Source of the DNA: a bacterium
GTDB lineage: Bacteria; Zhuqueibacterota; Zhuqueibacteria; Residuimicrobiales; Krinioviventaceae
Assembly (NCBI GenBank): GCA_963675755.2
Contig: CAXXMD010000003.1
Span: 2,560,001 to 2,624,000 of the forward strand
DNA: 64,000 nt
Reading direction: 5' to 3'
Shown: in pieces, positions 1-10,135 of the stretch
How positions within the stretch are numbered: position 1 is the first letter of the stretch
Layout: the number at the start of each line of letters is the position of its first letter
Notes under the pieces: generated by a model
What the model was told of the DNA's origin: nothing
Databases searched by the model: none
What the model saw: the letters and a program-made list of their open reading frames with translations, nothing else
Position numbers and translations under genes: made by a program

Positions 1-1
1 T

Positions 2-2596
2 CAGCTTTTTGAGCGTTATTTGATTTGGTTGCTACCTGTATTTATTTTGGAATTTATTTCCAGTTCAAGTGGATTGTTCTCTCAAGATTTTCATCCCTTT
101 TATATCATTAAATCTATTGTTTTATGTATTGCTTTAATATCAATCTTTATCAGAACTGTTGTAGGGCAGAATGTTCGATTTATTATCTATGTTGCAATAA
201 TGTACATATTGGCATTTTCCCAATTATTACAATGGGGTCCAATCAGTTCAGCAAGTTTGTATTTTGTTGCTGCATTGATTTTTGCTTATGCAGGGGGTGA
301 AAAACATCGTTTTTATCTGATACCTGCCAGTCTGATTTTGTTTTTAATCGTTTCCATCCTAATTCTTGTTAATAGTTTTCCTGTGTTTATGATTGATGAG
401 AATCAAACGCTGTTGTCAATACTATCATTTTATGCTTCATTTGGTTTGATGATATATATAACTGTGATACTACAAGGTACCGGAAAAAGTGAAATGCTTG
501 CCAGTAGCGAAAATGGTCTTGATTACAAAAACTTGTTTGAAAACTCGATTTTGGGTATCTATAGATCTACGCCAGAGGGGGAGATTCAATACGCTAATCC
601 TTCTTTGTTAAAAATGCTTGGATATGATTCTCTAAATGAACTGCAAAATCGAAACCTTGAGCAGGATGGGTATCTTGAAAGTGATTCCCGTACAAAATTT
701 AAAGAACAAATTGAACAAAAGGGACGGATAATAGGATTTGAATCCGCATGGAAAAAATATGATAATTCATTTATTTTTATTCGTGAAAATGCAATCTGTG
801 TTCGATCAAAAAATAAAGTACTTTATTATGAAGGTACAGTAGAAGATATTACAGAACGTAAAGTTACAGAAGAGCGATTGCGTCTTTTTCAAAGTGCCTT
901 GGCGGCTTCTTCAGATGCTGTTGGCATGTCTACCCCAAAAGGGGTACACTGGTTCCAAAATAAAACATTTGACGAACTGTTTGGTGATATTGGAAGTGAT
1001 CCTCCAGCTACTTTGTATGTAGATCCTCTGGTTGGGAAAAAAGTGTTTGAAACGATCAAAGGTGGAGAGCAGTGGATTGGCGAAGTAGAAATGTATGGTA
1101 AAGAAGGTAGTATTTTGCAAATACTGCTGCGAGCGTATCCATTCAAAGATAAACAGGGGAACATTTCGGGCCTGGTTGGTCTGCATACTGATATAACCAG
1201 TTGGAAAAAAGCAGAAATTGCTTTGCGTGAAAGTGAGAAAAAATATTCTACAGTAGTTGAAAACAGTAATGATGCAATATTGATCCACCGGAATGGTAAA
1301 ATTCTTTATGCAAATGCCGCCACATTCAAGTATACCGGTTATACATATCATGAGTTGGTGGGGAAAAATATGTTCGAGTTTTTACATCCTGAGGATATAA
1401 ATACTATCAGTGTGCGGATGAATGATAGAATTGCCGGGGTGGATTTAAAGAGCTCGATTGAAGTATCTATTAAATTGAAAAATGGTGAATTCCTGCCGGT
1501 AGATCTGAATGCAACTAAAATTGAATACCTGGGAGAACCTTCCATTGTTGTATTTCTGCGAGATATTCAGGATAGAAAAGTTGCGGATGAGAAATTAAGA
1601 CAATACAAGCGAGCTATTGAAGGTGTTAAAGATCTTATTGCTGCTGTTGATAAGGATTACAAGGTTATTTTTGCCAACAAGATGTATTTAGAAAGACATC
1701 AATTGCAAAATGAGCAGATTATAGGGTACCATTTTGCAGAGATTGTTGGTGATAAAGTTTTTACTAATGTATTAAAACAAAAGATTGATCAATGTTTACG
1801 TGGAGAAATTGTATTTTTTGAGGTGCCATTTACCTACCCTGAAATTGGTGAAAGGCAACTTGAAGTTTGGTATTATCCATTAAAAAATGAAAAAAATGAT
1901 ATTGAAGGTGTAATTGGAATTGTTAAAGATATTACTGATAGAAAAAAAGCTGAAGATCAAATAAAAAAGAATTTACAGGAAAAAGAAGTGATGTTGAAAG
2001 AAATACATCACCGGGTAAAGAATAATCTTCAGATCATGAACAGTCTGATTTATCTCCAATCTCGTCATAACAGCAAAATGACTTTTAACGAGTATGCGAA
2101 AGAACTATCTGGCCGGATTCAATCGATGGCGTATATTCATGAACAATTGTACAAAACTGAAAATATGGCGAGTATTTATATGCCAACATATATTGAAAGT
2201 CTTGTAGGCTCTATTATGAACAATTATTCATGTAATAATATTATGATTACCAAAGATATTGATGATATATATTTGGATATAGATCGCTCTGTTCCAGCGG
2301 GACTGATTTTTAATGAATTGATGACCAATATAATAAAACATGCATTCCCAGAGGAAAAAGGGGGGCTGGTCAATATTTCTTTAAAGATAAAAGATGATTT
2401 TTATGTGCTTATATTTAAGGATAATGGTGTGGGTCTGCCCGATTCAATTGATATTAACGAGCCTTCAACTCTGGGGCTAAAGCTGGTTTCAATTCTGGTA
2501 AAACAATTAGATGGAATATTTGAAATAGAAAACCGTAACGGTTTGACCGTTACGGTTAAAGTTCCTGCAAGTGAGAATGACACTCCTCACGATTAA
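2..2596 (+). CDS. Membrane-bound multi-PAS sensor histidine kinase (HisKA_2 type), probably 5'-truncated by the window edge
   Basis: Frame is open from position 2. N-terminal hydrophobic helices, four PAS/PAC repeats (DITERK, DITDRK), H-box EIHHRVKNNLQ, ATPase motifs ELMTNIIKHAF, DNGVG and LGLKLV. Confidence 0.9.
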   Translation, partial: QLFERYLIWLLPVFILEFISSSSGLFSQDFHPFYIIKSIVLCIALISIFIRTVVGQNVRFIIYVAIMYILAFSQLLQWGPISSASLYFVAALIFAYAGGEKHRFYLIPASLILFLIVSILILVNSFPVFMIDENQTLLSILSFYASFGLMIYITVILQGTGKSEMLASSENGLDYKNLFENSILGIYRSTPEGEIQYANPSLLKMLGYDSLNELQNRNLEQDGYLESDSRTKFKEQIEQKGRIIGFESAWKKYDNSFIFIRENAICVRSKNKVLYYEGTVEDITERKVTEERLRLFQSALAASSDAVGMSTPKGVHWFQNKTFDELFGDIGSDPPATLYVDPLVGKKVFETIKGGEQWIGEVEMYGKEGSILQILLRAYPFKDKQGNISGLVGLHTDITSWKKAEIALRESEKKYSTVVENSNDAILIHRNGKILYANAATFKYTGYTYHELVGKNMFEFLHPEDINTISVRMNDRIAGVDLKSSIEVSIKLKNGEFLPVDLNATKIEYLGEPSIVVFLRDIQDRKVADEKLRQYKRAIEGVKDLIAAVDKDYKVIFANKMYLERHQLQNEQIIGYHFAEIVGDKVFTNVLKQKIDQCLRGEIVFFEVPFTYPEIGERQLEVWYYPLKNEKNDIEGVIGIVKDITDRKKAEDQIKKNLQEKEVMLKEIHHRVKNNLQIMNSLIYLQSRHNSKMTFNEYAKELSGRIQSMAYIHEQLYKTENMASIYMPTYIESLVGSIMNNYSCNNIMITKDIDDIYLDIDRSVPAGLIFNELMTNIIKHAFPEEKGGLVNISLKIKDDFYVLIFKDNGVGLPDSIDINEPSTLGLKLVSILVKQLDGIFEIENRNGLTVTVKVPASENDTPHD

Positions 2597-2606
2597 ATTT
2601 TGGGGA

Positions 2607-3515
2607 TTAAAAATTATCTGCGTCTATATAAGCTTGTAAAAGTGCTTTTTCACCTTCAATGCCTTTTTTAGACAATCCGTGTTCCATTCCCATAATATAA
2701 GATGCGTCTTTTTCATAAATGTGTTTGAAAATGTTGCGATAGTTGATCTCTCCGGTCCCGGGTTCTTTGCGTCCGGGATTGTCACCCATTTGAAAATATC
2801 CTATTTCGCTCCAGGCCATATCCATATTGGGAATCAGGTTGCCTTCAGTAACCTGCTGGTGGTAGAGATCGTCTAGAATTTTACAAGAAGGGCTGCCAAC
2901 AGCCTGGCAGATCATATATGCCTGTGGAATTTTTGTAAGAAACAGACCCGGGTGATTGGTCCAGTGATTTAAAGGTTCTAATACCATAACCAGCCCAGAG
3001 GGTTCACAAATTTCTGCAGCGCGTTTTAAATTATCAATAACATTGGCGGTTTGATAATCCCATTCCAATCCTTTATCATAACAGCCGGGTACAACAGTGG
3101 TAAATTTTGCATTTACGCGTTTGGCTACCTCTACAGCGGCTTTAATATCTTTGAGGATCTGTTCGCGAATTTCTTTGTCGTTACTGGCAAAGTTAACATT
3201 TTTAAAATCAGCAGTTGCAACAAATACACCCATTTCCAGGCCCAAACGGTCCATTTCTTTTGCGATTTTTTCCTGGGTTGCAATATCACGGCCTTTCATT
3301 CCGTTATCTTCAAATGCTCTGAATCCTGCGTCGGCAATGAATTTCAGTTGATCAATAAAGTCTTCACCCGCATGGTGTTTAAACATGCCAAAATGTGGTG
3401 CATATTTTAATTTAAAATTTTGTTTTTCTACTGCAGCGGAAGCGTTTTTATAGCTTGTTGCAGCAACACCTGCTGCGGCAATACCCGTGGTTGCCAAAAA
3501 TTCACGACGATTCAT
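2607..3515 (-). CDS. Tat-exported hydroxypyruvate isomerase / xylose-isomerase-like TIM barrel protein
   Basis: MNRREFL twin-arginine signal; LEPLN, DLYHQQ and GDNPGRKEPGTGEINY motifs typical of the Hyi family. Confidence 0.85.
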   Translation of the reverse strand: MNRREFLATTGIAAAGVAATSYKNASAAVEKQNFKLKYAPHFGMFKHHAGEDFIDQLKFIADAGFRAFEDNGMKGRDIATQEKIAKEMDRLGLEMGVFVATADFKNVNFASNDKEIREQILKDIKAAVEVAKRVNAKFTTVVPGCYDKGLEWDYQTANVIDNLKRAAEICEPSGLVMVLEPLNHWTNHPGLFLTKIPQAYMICQAVGSPSCKILDDLYHQQVTEGNLIPNMDMAWSEIGYFQMGDNPGRKEPGTGEINYRNIFKHIYEKDASYIMGMEHGLSKKGIEGEKALLQAYIDADNF

Positions 3516-3656
3516 TGTACCTCCGAATTGTAAAATAATCGATTAATTCTTTTTTTATTCTATGGCTTTTTGGTTAAAGAATCAAGAAAAAAAAGTTATT
3601 GTTTAGAGCTAAACTACAGCATTTACAGTAATTGGGCTTTAAACCTGCTTTTTGTA

Positions 3657-3685
3657 TTGACATTCAATTCAAGAATAATTATAAT
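3657..3685 (+). promoter_or_regulatory. Consensus sigma70 promoter of the fur/perR-like gene
   Basis: TTGACA (3657-3662), 17-nt spacer, TATAAT (3680-3685); ATG at 3715. Confidence 0.85.
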
Positions 3686-3702
3686 CAATTAGGAATGATT
3701 AT
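3681..3702. promoter_or_regulatory. Fur/Per-box-like inverted repeat overlapping the -10 element and transcription start
   Basis: ATAATCA-N8-TGATTAT directly upstream of a Fur-family gene. Confidence 0.55.
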
Positions 3703-3714
3703 TAGTTAAGCAGT

Positions 3715-4129
3715 ATGGAAGCAAAAAACAACCGTTCTCTTTACAGACAAAGCAAACAGCGCGACAGGATTTTAGAACTTTTGCGTTCTACCAAAACCCA
3801 TCCTACAGCCGACTGGATTTACGAAAATCTAAAAAAAAGAATTTCCCAATCTCAGCTTGGGAACCGTATATCGTAACCTTTCTATTTTAGCAGAGCAGGG
3901 CTTTGTTAAAAAGATTCAGTATGGAAGTACATTTGACAGATTTGAGGCCAATATTGCATTACATTACCATTTGATTTGTGATAAATGCGGCAATATTTCT
4001 GATTTTGAAATGCCTGTTGAGCAGGGTTTGAATGAAAAAGCAAACCAGTTTACTGAATTTCAGGTAAAACGACATAAATTGGAATTTTACGGATTATGTG
4101 AATCTTGCAAGGAGCTGGAAATAGACTGA
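3715..4129 (+). pseudogene. Fur/PerR-family transcriptional regulator interrupted by one extra base in an A8 run (3831-3838)
   Basis: ATG 3715 reads MEAKNNRSLYRQSKQRDRILELLRSTKTHPTADWIYENLKK, then leaves frame and stops at 3874-3876. Removing one A gives ...LKKEFPNLSLGTVYRNL, continuing into ORF 3857-4129 with HYHLICDKCG and GLCESC Zn motifs. Confidence 0.85.
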
Positions 4130-4288
4130 GTGAACGGGAGCCAGGGGCCAGACAGTTAATATTAATGCTTTGATAAAATAATATCTTTTTTGTACATTAC
4201 AATGTGCATAATATTGTTATGCACCCTGTTTTTTTATTCTCTCAAATTATTACATAAATCATCACTGAAATTCTTGGAGGAATTTGTA

Positions 4289-4783
4289 ATGCATGAAAAA
4301 AGTATAGAGCTGTTAAACAAGGCTGTTGCGGATGAAATGACTGCAGTTCATCAATATATGTACTTTCATTTTCATTGTGACGATCAAGGCTTTGATTTGC
4401 TGGCAAATCTGTTTAAACGTACCGCAATAAGTGAAATGATGCATGTAGAACAATTGGCCGAGCGTATTTTGTTTTTAAAAGGTGAAGTTGAATTACATGC
4501 TTCAAAAGATGTTGAAAAAATTCATGATGTTAAAGATATGTTGAAAACCGCATGCGGTATGGAAGAAGCGTCTGTTAAGGATTATAACATGTGGGCGAAT
4601 GAATGTGCACAAAATGCAGATTCTGTATCTAAAAAACTTTTTGAAGCACTTGTAGCGGATGAAGAAGGCCACTTTGATCAGTTTGATACTGAACTTGAAA
4701 ATATTGAAAAATTTGGCGTTCAATATCTGGCACTGCAATCCATTGAAAGAAGTAAAGCAATGGGAGCCGGAGGCGCAGCTTAA
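4289..4783 (+). CDS. bfr: Bacterioferritin
   Basis: Start moved to ATG 4289 after a GGAGG RBS. Ferroxidase-type motifs ADEMTAVHQY, SEMMH (includes the haem Met position), ERILFL and DEEGH. Confidence 0.88.
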   Translation: MHEKSIELLNKAVADEMTAVHQYMYFHFHCDDQGFDLLANLFKRTAISEMMHVEQLAERILFLKGEVELHASKDVEKIHDVKDMLKTACGMEEASVKDYNMWANECAQNADSVSKKLFEALVADEEGHFDQFDTELENIEKFGVQYLALQSIERSKAMGAGGAA

Positions 4784-4819
4784 AAAATAATTTTATTCTT
4801 GAATATTTTTTTTTAAATT

Positions 4820-4849
4820 AAGGTCTGTTGTAAAAACAGACCTTTTTTT
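4820..4849 (+). terminator. Rho-independent terminator after bfr
   Basis: AAGGTCTGTT-loop-AACAGACCTT followed by a T run. Confidence 0.8.
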
Positions 4850-4974
4850 ATTGGCCGTAATTAGGGGCTATATCGGCTCTTTAGTTAACAACCCCACCCT
4901 AAATTATCCTTCATCAGATATTATCATATATATATGTTGGTAATGTAGATGTATATTTCTAGAAAGTCATTATT

Positions 4975-6699
4975 ATGGTTCAGGAACGATTTGAACCCAA
5001 ATTGATCACTGTTATCAAAGAGGGCTATTCCCGGTCGAAATTTTTGAATGACCTGGTAGCAGGAACAATAGTTGGTATTGTTGCGCTTCCGTTGGCACTT
5101 GCATTTGCTATTGCTTCAGGAGTCAAGCCAGAGCAAGGGCTTTATACTGCAATTATTGCCGGATTTTTGATTTCGTTTTTTAGTGGAAGTCGTGTACAAA
5201 TTGGCGGCCCTACAGGTGCATTTATTGTCATTGTATACAACATTGTACAGAATTATGGTTATAGTGGTTTGGCCACGGCTACACTCATTGCCGGAATTTT
5301 ACTCGTCATTATGGGCTTTTTACGTCTAGGCACAATTATAAAGTATATTCCGTATCCTGTAACTGTGGGGTTTACTTTTGGTATTGCAATTATTATTTTT
5401 GCAGGACAAATGCGTGATCTGCTGGGATTGGATATGACATCCGTACCTGCTGAATTTGTAGAAAAGTGGATTGCTTATGCAGACCATATACATTCATTTA
5501 ATCCTTACGCATTTGCTGTTGGGCTTTTATCTATTTTGATTGTAATATTCTGGCCCAGGGTTACCCATAGAATTCCCGGTTCTTTAATTGCTATTTTGTT
5601 TACTACGGCTATTGTGCAGGTGTTTCATATACCCGTAGAAACCATATACAGCCGTTTCGGGAATGTTTCCGGTAAATTTACTGCAATTCAAATCCCGCAA
5701 TTGGATTTACATCAAATAAGAAACGTGTTTTCACCAGCGGTGTCAATTGCTTTACTGGCGGGTATAGAGTCATTACTGTCTGCTGTAGTTGCGGATGGTA
5801 TGACAGGCCGAAAACACCGTTCTAATATGGAGCTTGTGGCACAAGGGATAGCCAATATTGTTTCTCCGTTATTCGGAGGAATTCCGGCAACAGGTGCAAT
5901 TGCCCGAACAGCTACCAATATTAAAAATGGGGGCAAAACCCCAATCGCAGGAATTGTGCACGCTGTTGTTTTGCTGTTAATCATGCTATTTCTGGGTAAA
6001 TGGGCAGCTTTGATACCCATGGCAACTCTGGCTGGAATTTTAATTATTGTTGCATACAATATGAGCGAGTGGCATTTGTTTATTAAATTGTTCAAAAGCC
6101 CCAAAAGTGATGTGCTGGTATTGTTGATTACCTTTTTTCTTACCGTTTTTGTTGATTTGATAGTTGCTATTCAGGCCGGAGTTGTGTTGGCTGCGTTATT
6201 GTTTATGAGAAGAATGACCATGGTCACACAGGCTGGCTATATAAATGGTATCGTTCAGGATGAAGAAGAACAGGAAGATCTAAACAGTCTTTCTCGGAGA
6301 ATAATACCGGATAACGTTGAAGTATTTGAGGTAAATGGTCCCTTTTTCTTTGGTGCTGCAGACAAGTTCAAGAGCGCGCTGTGCCAGGTACAGAAAAAAC
6401 CGGATGTTTTGATTCTAAGAATGCGCAAGGTGCTATCCGTTGACGCTACAGGATTGCGTGCCCTGGAAGAGGTCGTTAATAAAACTCGTCAGGAAGGGGC
6501 AGTGCTTATTTTGTCAGGTGTGCACGCGCAACCGCTGGTTGCCATGGAGCGTTCCGGACTGTTGGAAAAGATAGATAGTGATAATTTGTTTGGAAATATT
6601 GATGACGCTTTAAACAGGGCCAGGATTTTAATGGGCCTTCCTGTTGTGGAACCACCACAACCCTTTATTCCGGTTGTCAAACGAGAAATGAATAAATAA
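4975..6699 (+). CDS. SulP/SLC26 family anion permease with C-terminal STAS domain
   Basis: GIVALPLALAFAIASG, GGPTGAF, ESLLSAVVAD, NGPFFFGAA and DATG motifs. Confidence 0.93.
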   Translation: MVQERFEPKLITVIKEGYSRSKFLNDLVAGTIVGIVALPLALAFAIASGVKPEQGLYTAIIAGFLISFFSGSRVQIGGPTGAFIVIVYNIVQNYGYSGLATATLIAGILLVIMGFLRLGTIIKYIPYPVTVGFTFGIAIIIFAGQMRDLLGLDMTSVPAEFVEKWIAYADHIHSFNPYAFAVGLLSILIVIFWPRVTHRIPGSLIAILFTTAIVQVFHIPVETIYSRFGNVSGKFTAIQIPQLDLHQIRNVFSPAVSIALLAGIESLLSAVVADGMTGRKHRSNMELVAQGIANIVSPLFGGIPATGAIARTATNIKNGGKTPIAGIVHAVVLLLIMLFLGKWAALIPMATLAGILIIVAYNMSEWHLFIKLFKSPKSDVLVLLITFFLTVFVDLIVAIQAGVVLAALLFMRRMTMVTQAGYINGIVQDEEEQEDLNSLSRRIIPDNVEVFEVNGPFFFGAADKFKSALCQVQKKPDVLILRMRKVLSVDATGLRALEEVVNKTRQEGAVLILSGVHAQPLVAMERSGLLEKIDSDNLFGNIDDALNRARILMGLPVVEPPQPFIPVVKREMNK

Positions 6700-6705
6700 G
6701 AGTAT

Positions 6706-6747
6706 AAAACACCGGCAGCCCTCCTGCTTGCTGCCGGTGCTTTTTTT
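6706..6747. terminator. Bidirectional terminator between convergent SulP and TonB receptor genes
   Basis: CACCGGCAGC / GCTGCCGGTG stem with A run on the left and T run on the right. Confidence 0.8.
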
Positions 6748-6749
6748 GC

Positions 6750-9071
6750 CTAGTGTCCAAATGTAAATCCAATTAATAATCTTCTGGGTATGGTTGGGCC
6801 ATATACATATCCGGCATCTCTTGCTATGCCTTTATCAAAATCAGTTTGAAATGAATCTGTAATATTGTATATACCTGCAGTAAATGTACCATATAGATGT
6901 CCCATGAGGGGTATTTTATATGATGCAACCAGATCAAAAGTTACAAAGCTTTTGGTGTACTCTAACCTGTCGTTTTCTATATAACCTGCATAATGGGGAA
7001 CATACATGGGGCCGGTATATTTTGAAATACCCAGCAGATTGATATTGTTTGTGATATCATATGAAAAACGGATGCTTCCATACAAATCCGGAGTGCGGAA
7101 TATATGTATTGATTCAAAATCGGGTTCCGGGGAATCTAATTCACTGTCTTGCAGCGTTACCCCGGTTGTGATTTCGGCTTTCCGCATTCTATATCCCAAT
7201 TCGAATTCAATACCTTGTACAACAGATCCATCACCGTTGGTTCTGTAAAATTCGAATTCATCAGTCAAAGGATCATCTCTTTCATCCAATACAAACGTTT
7301 CAGTTAAATTGGTATAGAAACCGTTTACACTAAACCGTAATCCGTTCGTTCCTATGATTTCAGTCCATTCAGCTCCGCCATATAATGTTGTTGCACGTTC
7401 TTCTTTTAAATCCGGATCGTTTCTAATGATTTGACCTTCACCGCTAACCTGGGTAATGTGCAGATCTTCATCAAAGATTTGTGGCGGTTTAAAACCGGTT
7501 GAAATGCCGCCTCTTAGTGTGAGAGGTGAGGCTACATGCCACCTGAGTACCGCACGTGGACTAAGAATAGGAGTTTCAATTTCCGAGTGTTTATCTAGCC
7601 TTGATCCAAAAACAAGTTCAGCTTGATTATCGTTTCCAATTGACCATGAATCCTGTAAAATAATTCCAATATTTGTATATGTATCATTAATTATGCGGTT
7701 ATATGCCAGGGCTTTATCATTCAGTTCTTCATATTTATATTGTATGCCTGATGTAATAAGATGATTGCTAAAACGGTAATTGCCTTGTATTCCACTGATA
7801 AATAGGGGATTGTCGGTATTGCCATAAGCATTGGGATCCTGTTCTGCACCGTAATAAGTATCTCGGTTTGTCAGTGCTATTGATGTGAAAATTTTATAAT
7901 CAAATATTGCATTAGGATTTTGGGTCCATTTCAGGGAACCTCCATAGCGCTCTGTTTCACTTGCTTCGGCTATATCTGCTTCGTGAGGTGCAAGATCAAA
8001 CTTGTTTCCACCGCGGCGATCTTCATGAATATAGTGGAGCTGAAGTGCAAGTTCACCAGTAGTTACAGGTTTATAATACCAGTTCATACCTATTGCCTGA
8101 TTTTCAAGTTTGCCAATTTCGCTGAAGTCATCTCCATTCGCGTCCCAGGCAGCACGATTACGCATTGTTGCAAACAAGTAGCCGCTAGAATTTCCTTTCT
8201 GATTCACTCGAGACAGGGTGATTCCCATTTTATGATCAAGGTCTCCGTCAATAGAACCATTTCTATAATCCAAAGATATGTCATTGTGGGTAGGGCGTCG
8301 GGTGATCAGGTTGACAACGCCGGCAACGGCAGTACCACCATATAGTGCAGAGCCACCACCTTTGACAATTTCAACTTTTTCAATCATTTCATCAGGGAAC
8401 TGTTCAAGTCCATAAACATTTGCAAGACTGCTGATAACGGGATCACTGTCAATCAGTACCTGAGTGTGGTGCCCTTCCATGCCTAACAGCCGGACCTGAG
8501 TAAAATTACAGTTCTGACAGTTTTGTTCTACTCTTACACCAGTTTGAAAGTCCAATACTTCAGCCAGGTTGTTTGCTTTTTGTGCCTGTATCAGTTTTCT
8601 TGAAACAACAGAGGTTTTAACAGGCACATCTTTGTAAAATTGAGGAACTCCGGTAGCGGTAACGACCACTTCTTCCGCCTTGATCACTGAGGGTTTGAGT
8701 TCAAATTCCATGTTGGTTGTTTTATTTAAAGATATTTGAACGTCTTTTTCAATTGACTTGAATCCCATCATAGAAACAACAAGTGTATAAGAACCGGGTT
8801 GAAGGTTTGATATTTTAAATGAACCATCCTGGCCAGTGGCAGCACCTAAATATGTTCCGCTAATTAATACGTTGGCGCCTGGAAGCGGTTCATGGGTGTC
8901 GGTATCCAGAATTACACCTGTCAATGTACCGCTTTGAGTATTATGATGTTGACCTTTACGGTGTTGATGTCTGTTGGTTTCCTGTGCGTACAAAATATAT
9001 GTATTCAGGGATTGAAATATATATAAAACAGCGATGAACACTGCCAATTTGATAGAATAATTCCTTGACAT
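6750..9071 (-). CDS. TonB-dependent receptor, probably metal uptake
   Basis: Signal peptide, His-rich segment HQHRKGQHH, carboxypeptidase-regulatory-like domain, plug with CQNC and VKGGGSALYG. Start set at ATG 9071 after GGAG; the ORF track starts at TTG 9083. Confidence 0.9.
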   Translation of the reverse strand: MSRNYSIKLAVFIAVLYIFQSLNTYILYAQETNRHQHRKGQHHNTQSGTLTGVILDTDTHEPLPGANVLISGTYLGAATGQDGSFKISNLQPGSYTLVVSMMGFKSIEKDVQISLNKTTNMEFELKPSVIKAEEVVVTATGVPQFYKDVPVKTSVVSRKLIQAQKANNLAEVLDFQTGVRVEQNCQNCNFTQVRLLGMEGHHTQVLIDSDPVISSLANVYGLEQFPDEMIEKVEIVKGGGSALYGGTAVAGVVNLITRRPTHNDISLDYRNGSIDGDLDHKMGITLSRVNQKGNSSGYLFATMRNRAAWDANGDDFSEIGKLENQAIGMNWYYKPVTTGELALQLHYIHEDRRGGNKFDLAPHEADIAEASETERYGGSLKWTQNPNAIFDYKIFTSIALTNRDTYYGAEQDPNAYGNTDNPLFISGIQGNYRFSNHLITSGIQYKYEELNDKALAYNRIINDTYTNIGIILQDSWSIGNDNQAELVFGSRLDKHSEIETPILSPRAVLRWHVASPLTLRGGISTGFKPPQIFDEDLHITQVSGEGQIIRNDPDLKEERATTLYGGAEWTEIIGTNGLRFSVNGFYTNLTETFVLDERDDPLTDEFEFYRTNGDGSVVQGIEFELGYRMRKAEITTGVTLQDSELDSPEPDFESIHIFRTPDLYGSIRFSYDITNNINLLGISKYTGPMYVPHYAGYIENDRLEYTKSFVTFDLVASYKIPLMGHLYGTFTAGIYNITDSFQTDFDKGIARDAGYVYGPTIPRRLLIGFTFGH

Positions 9072-9204
9072 TTTCTTCTCCAATTCAGATGAAAATATTT
9101 ATATGTATCCTGTATTATTGGACAGAATAGGATATAGTACGGCTATAATCCATCTCAATAAACAGGTTGATAAATGAATGTATTATACTGTGAAAATAGT
9201 TGTA

Positions 9205-9582
9205 CTAGTTCGTAGCAGGAGGTGCTCTAAGAATTATAGAAAATGTAAGCAGTAGGGACCGTATAATGCGCATTTGCCTGATTTTGAGCTGTTGCGCGAA
9301 TTTTTGGTCAATGAGAGAGTGTATGAATAGTGTTACAAGAAAAGCTAACAGTGTAAACAGCGTATGGCAAAGAAGAAACCCACTTTCAGTGTGAGAATGG
9401 TTTTGGTATGGATTTCCGGTTTTGTTGAATGGTAATGCGTGGCTGTGAACCACAATTTTCCCATCAGGTAGAACGTGAATATGAGTAAACAGCATTGTAG
9501 CAATTAATAGCATAGACAATGCTGCAATCAAACAGATTGATATTATCGAACAAAAAAGATTTTTTCTATTACGACAAATCAT
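9205..9582 (-). CDS. His-rich two-TM small protein ending in RAPP; putative ribosome-arrest leader peptide (DUF2946/CruR-like architecture)
   Basis: Hydrophobic helix, HIH...HSH...HSH loop, second helix, C-terminal LRAPPATN*. ATGA overlap with the upstream regulator stop. Confidence 0.7.
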   Translation of the reverse strand: MICRNRKNLFCSIISICLIAALSMLLIATMLFTHIHVLPDGKIVVHSHALPFNKTGNPYQNHSHTESGFLLCHTLFTLLAFLVTLFIHSLIDQKFAQQLKIRQMRIIRSLLLTFSIILRAPPATN

Positions 9583-10124
9583 TTTTCCTGCCTGAAATAG
9601 TTTTCGTTACCTGCAAAATAACATTCAAGTTCGCAAACATCACAATGTTCATCCTGATGAGTACAATTGTAATTATATTCTGAAAAGGCTTTGCGAAATG
9701 CTATAGCTTTTGGATCATCTGAAAGATAAAAGCCCATAAATGATAAAATCTTGGCACTGGATTCTTTTGTAACCAGGTGCTCAATTTTGCAGGCATCTTC
9801 TTCGGCAATTGCAGGATTCACCAGCATAATCTCGGACAATAATCTTTCAAACAATCTTCTTTTCGAAAGTACCGCGTTTACAAGTTGTTTCCCAGTGTCA
9901 GAAAGTTTGAAAAAACGGTTTTTATCTTCTATAATATAGCCTTTTGCTACTAATTTATTAACCGTTATGGAAACACTGCCACGCGTTAAACCCAGGTAAT
10001 TTGAAATATCAATACTCCTTGCGTAACCCTGTGTTGTAACAAGAGTGTGTATTGCCATAAGGTAATGTACCGAACTGTGGCTGAGTTCGATTTCGTCGAA
10101 TTTTTTCCAAACATTTTGAATCAT
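9579..10124 (-). CDS. DtxR/MntR-family metal-dependent transcriptional regulator with Cys-rich C-terminus
   Basis: HYLMAI, ARSIDISNYLGLTRGSVS HTH, AEEDACKIEH; tail CTHQDEHCDVCELEC. Start at ATG 10124 is consistent with the upstream promoter. Confidence 0.88.
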   Translation of the reverse strand: MIQNVWKKFDEIELSHSSVHYLMAIHTLVTTQGYARSIDISNYLGLTRGSVSITVNKLVAKGYIIEDKNRFFKLSDTGKQLVNAVLSKRRLFERLLSEIMLVNPAIAEEDACKIEHLVTKESSAKILSFMGFYLSDDPKAIAFRKAFSEYNYNCTHQDEHCDVCELECYFAGNENYFRQEK

Positions 10125-10135
10125 AGTTACTACTT

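Noticed and set aside
3831-3839. A_AAA_AAG as a programmed -1 ribosomal frameshift site in the fur-like gene
   Set aside because: Restoring the frame needs +1 (loss of one base); a -1 shift does not join the two halves.
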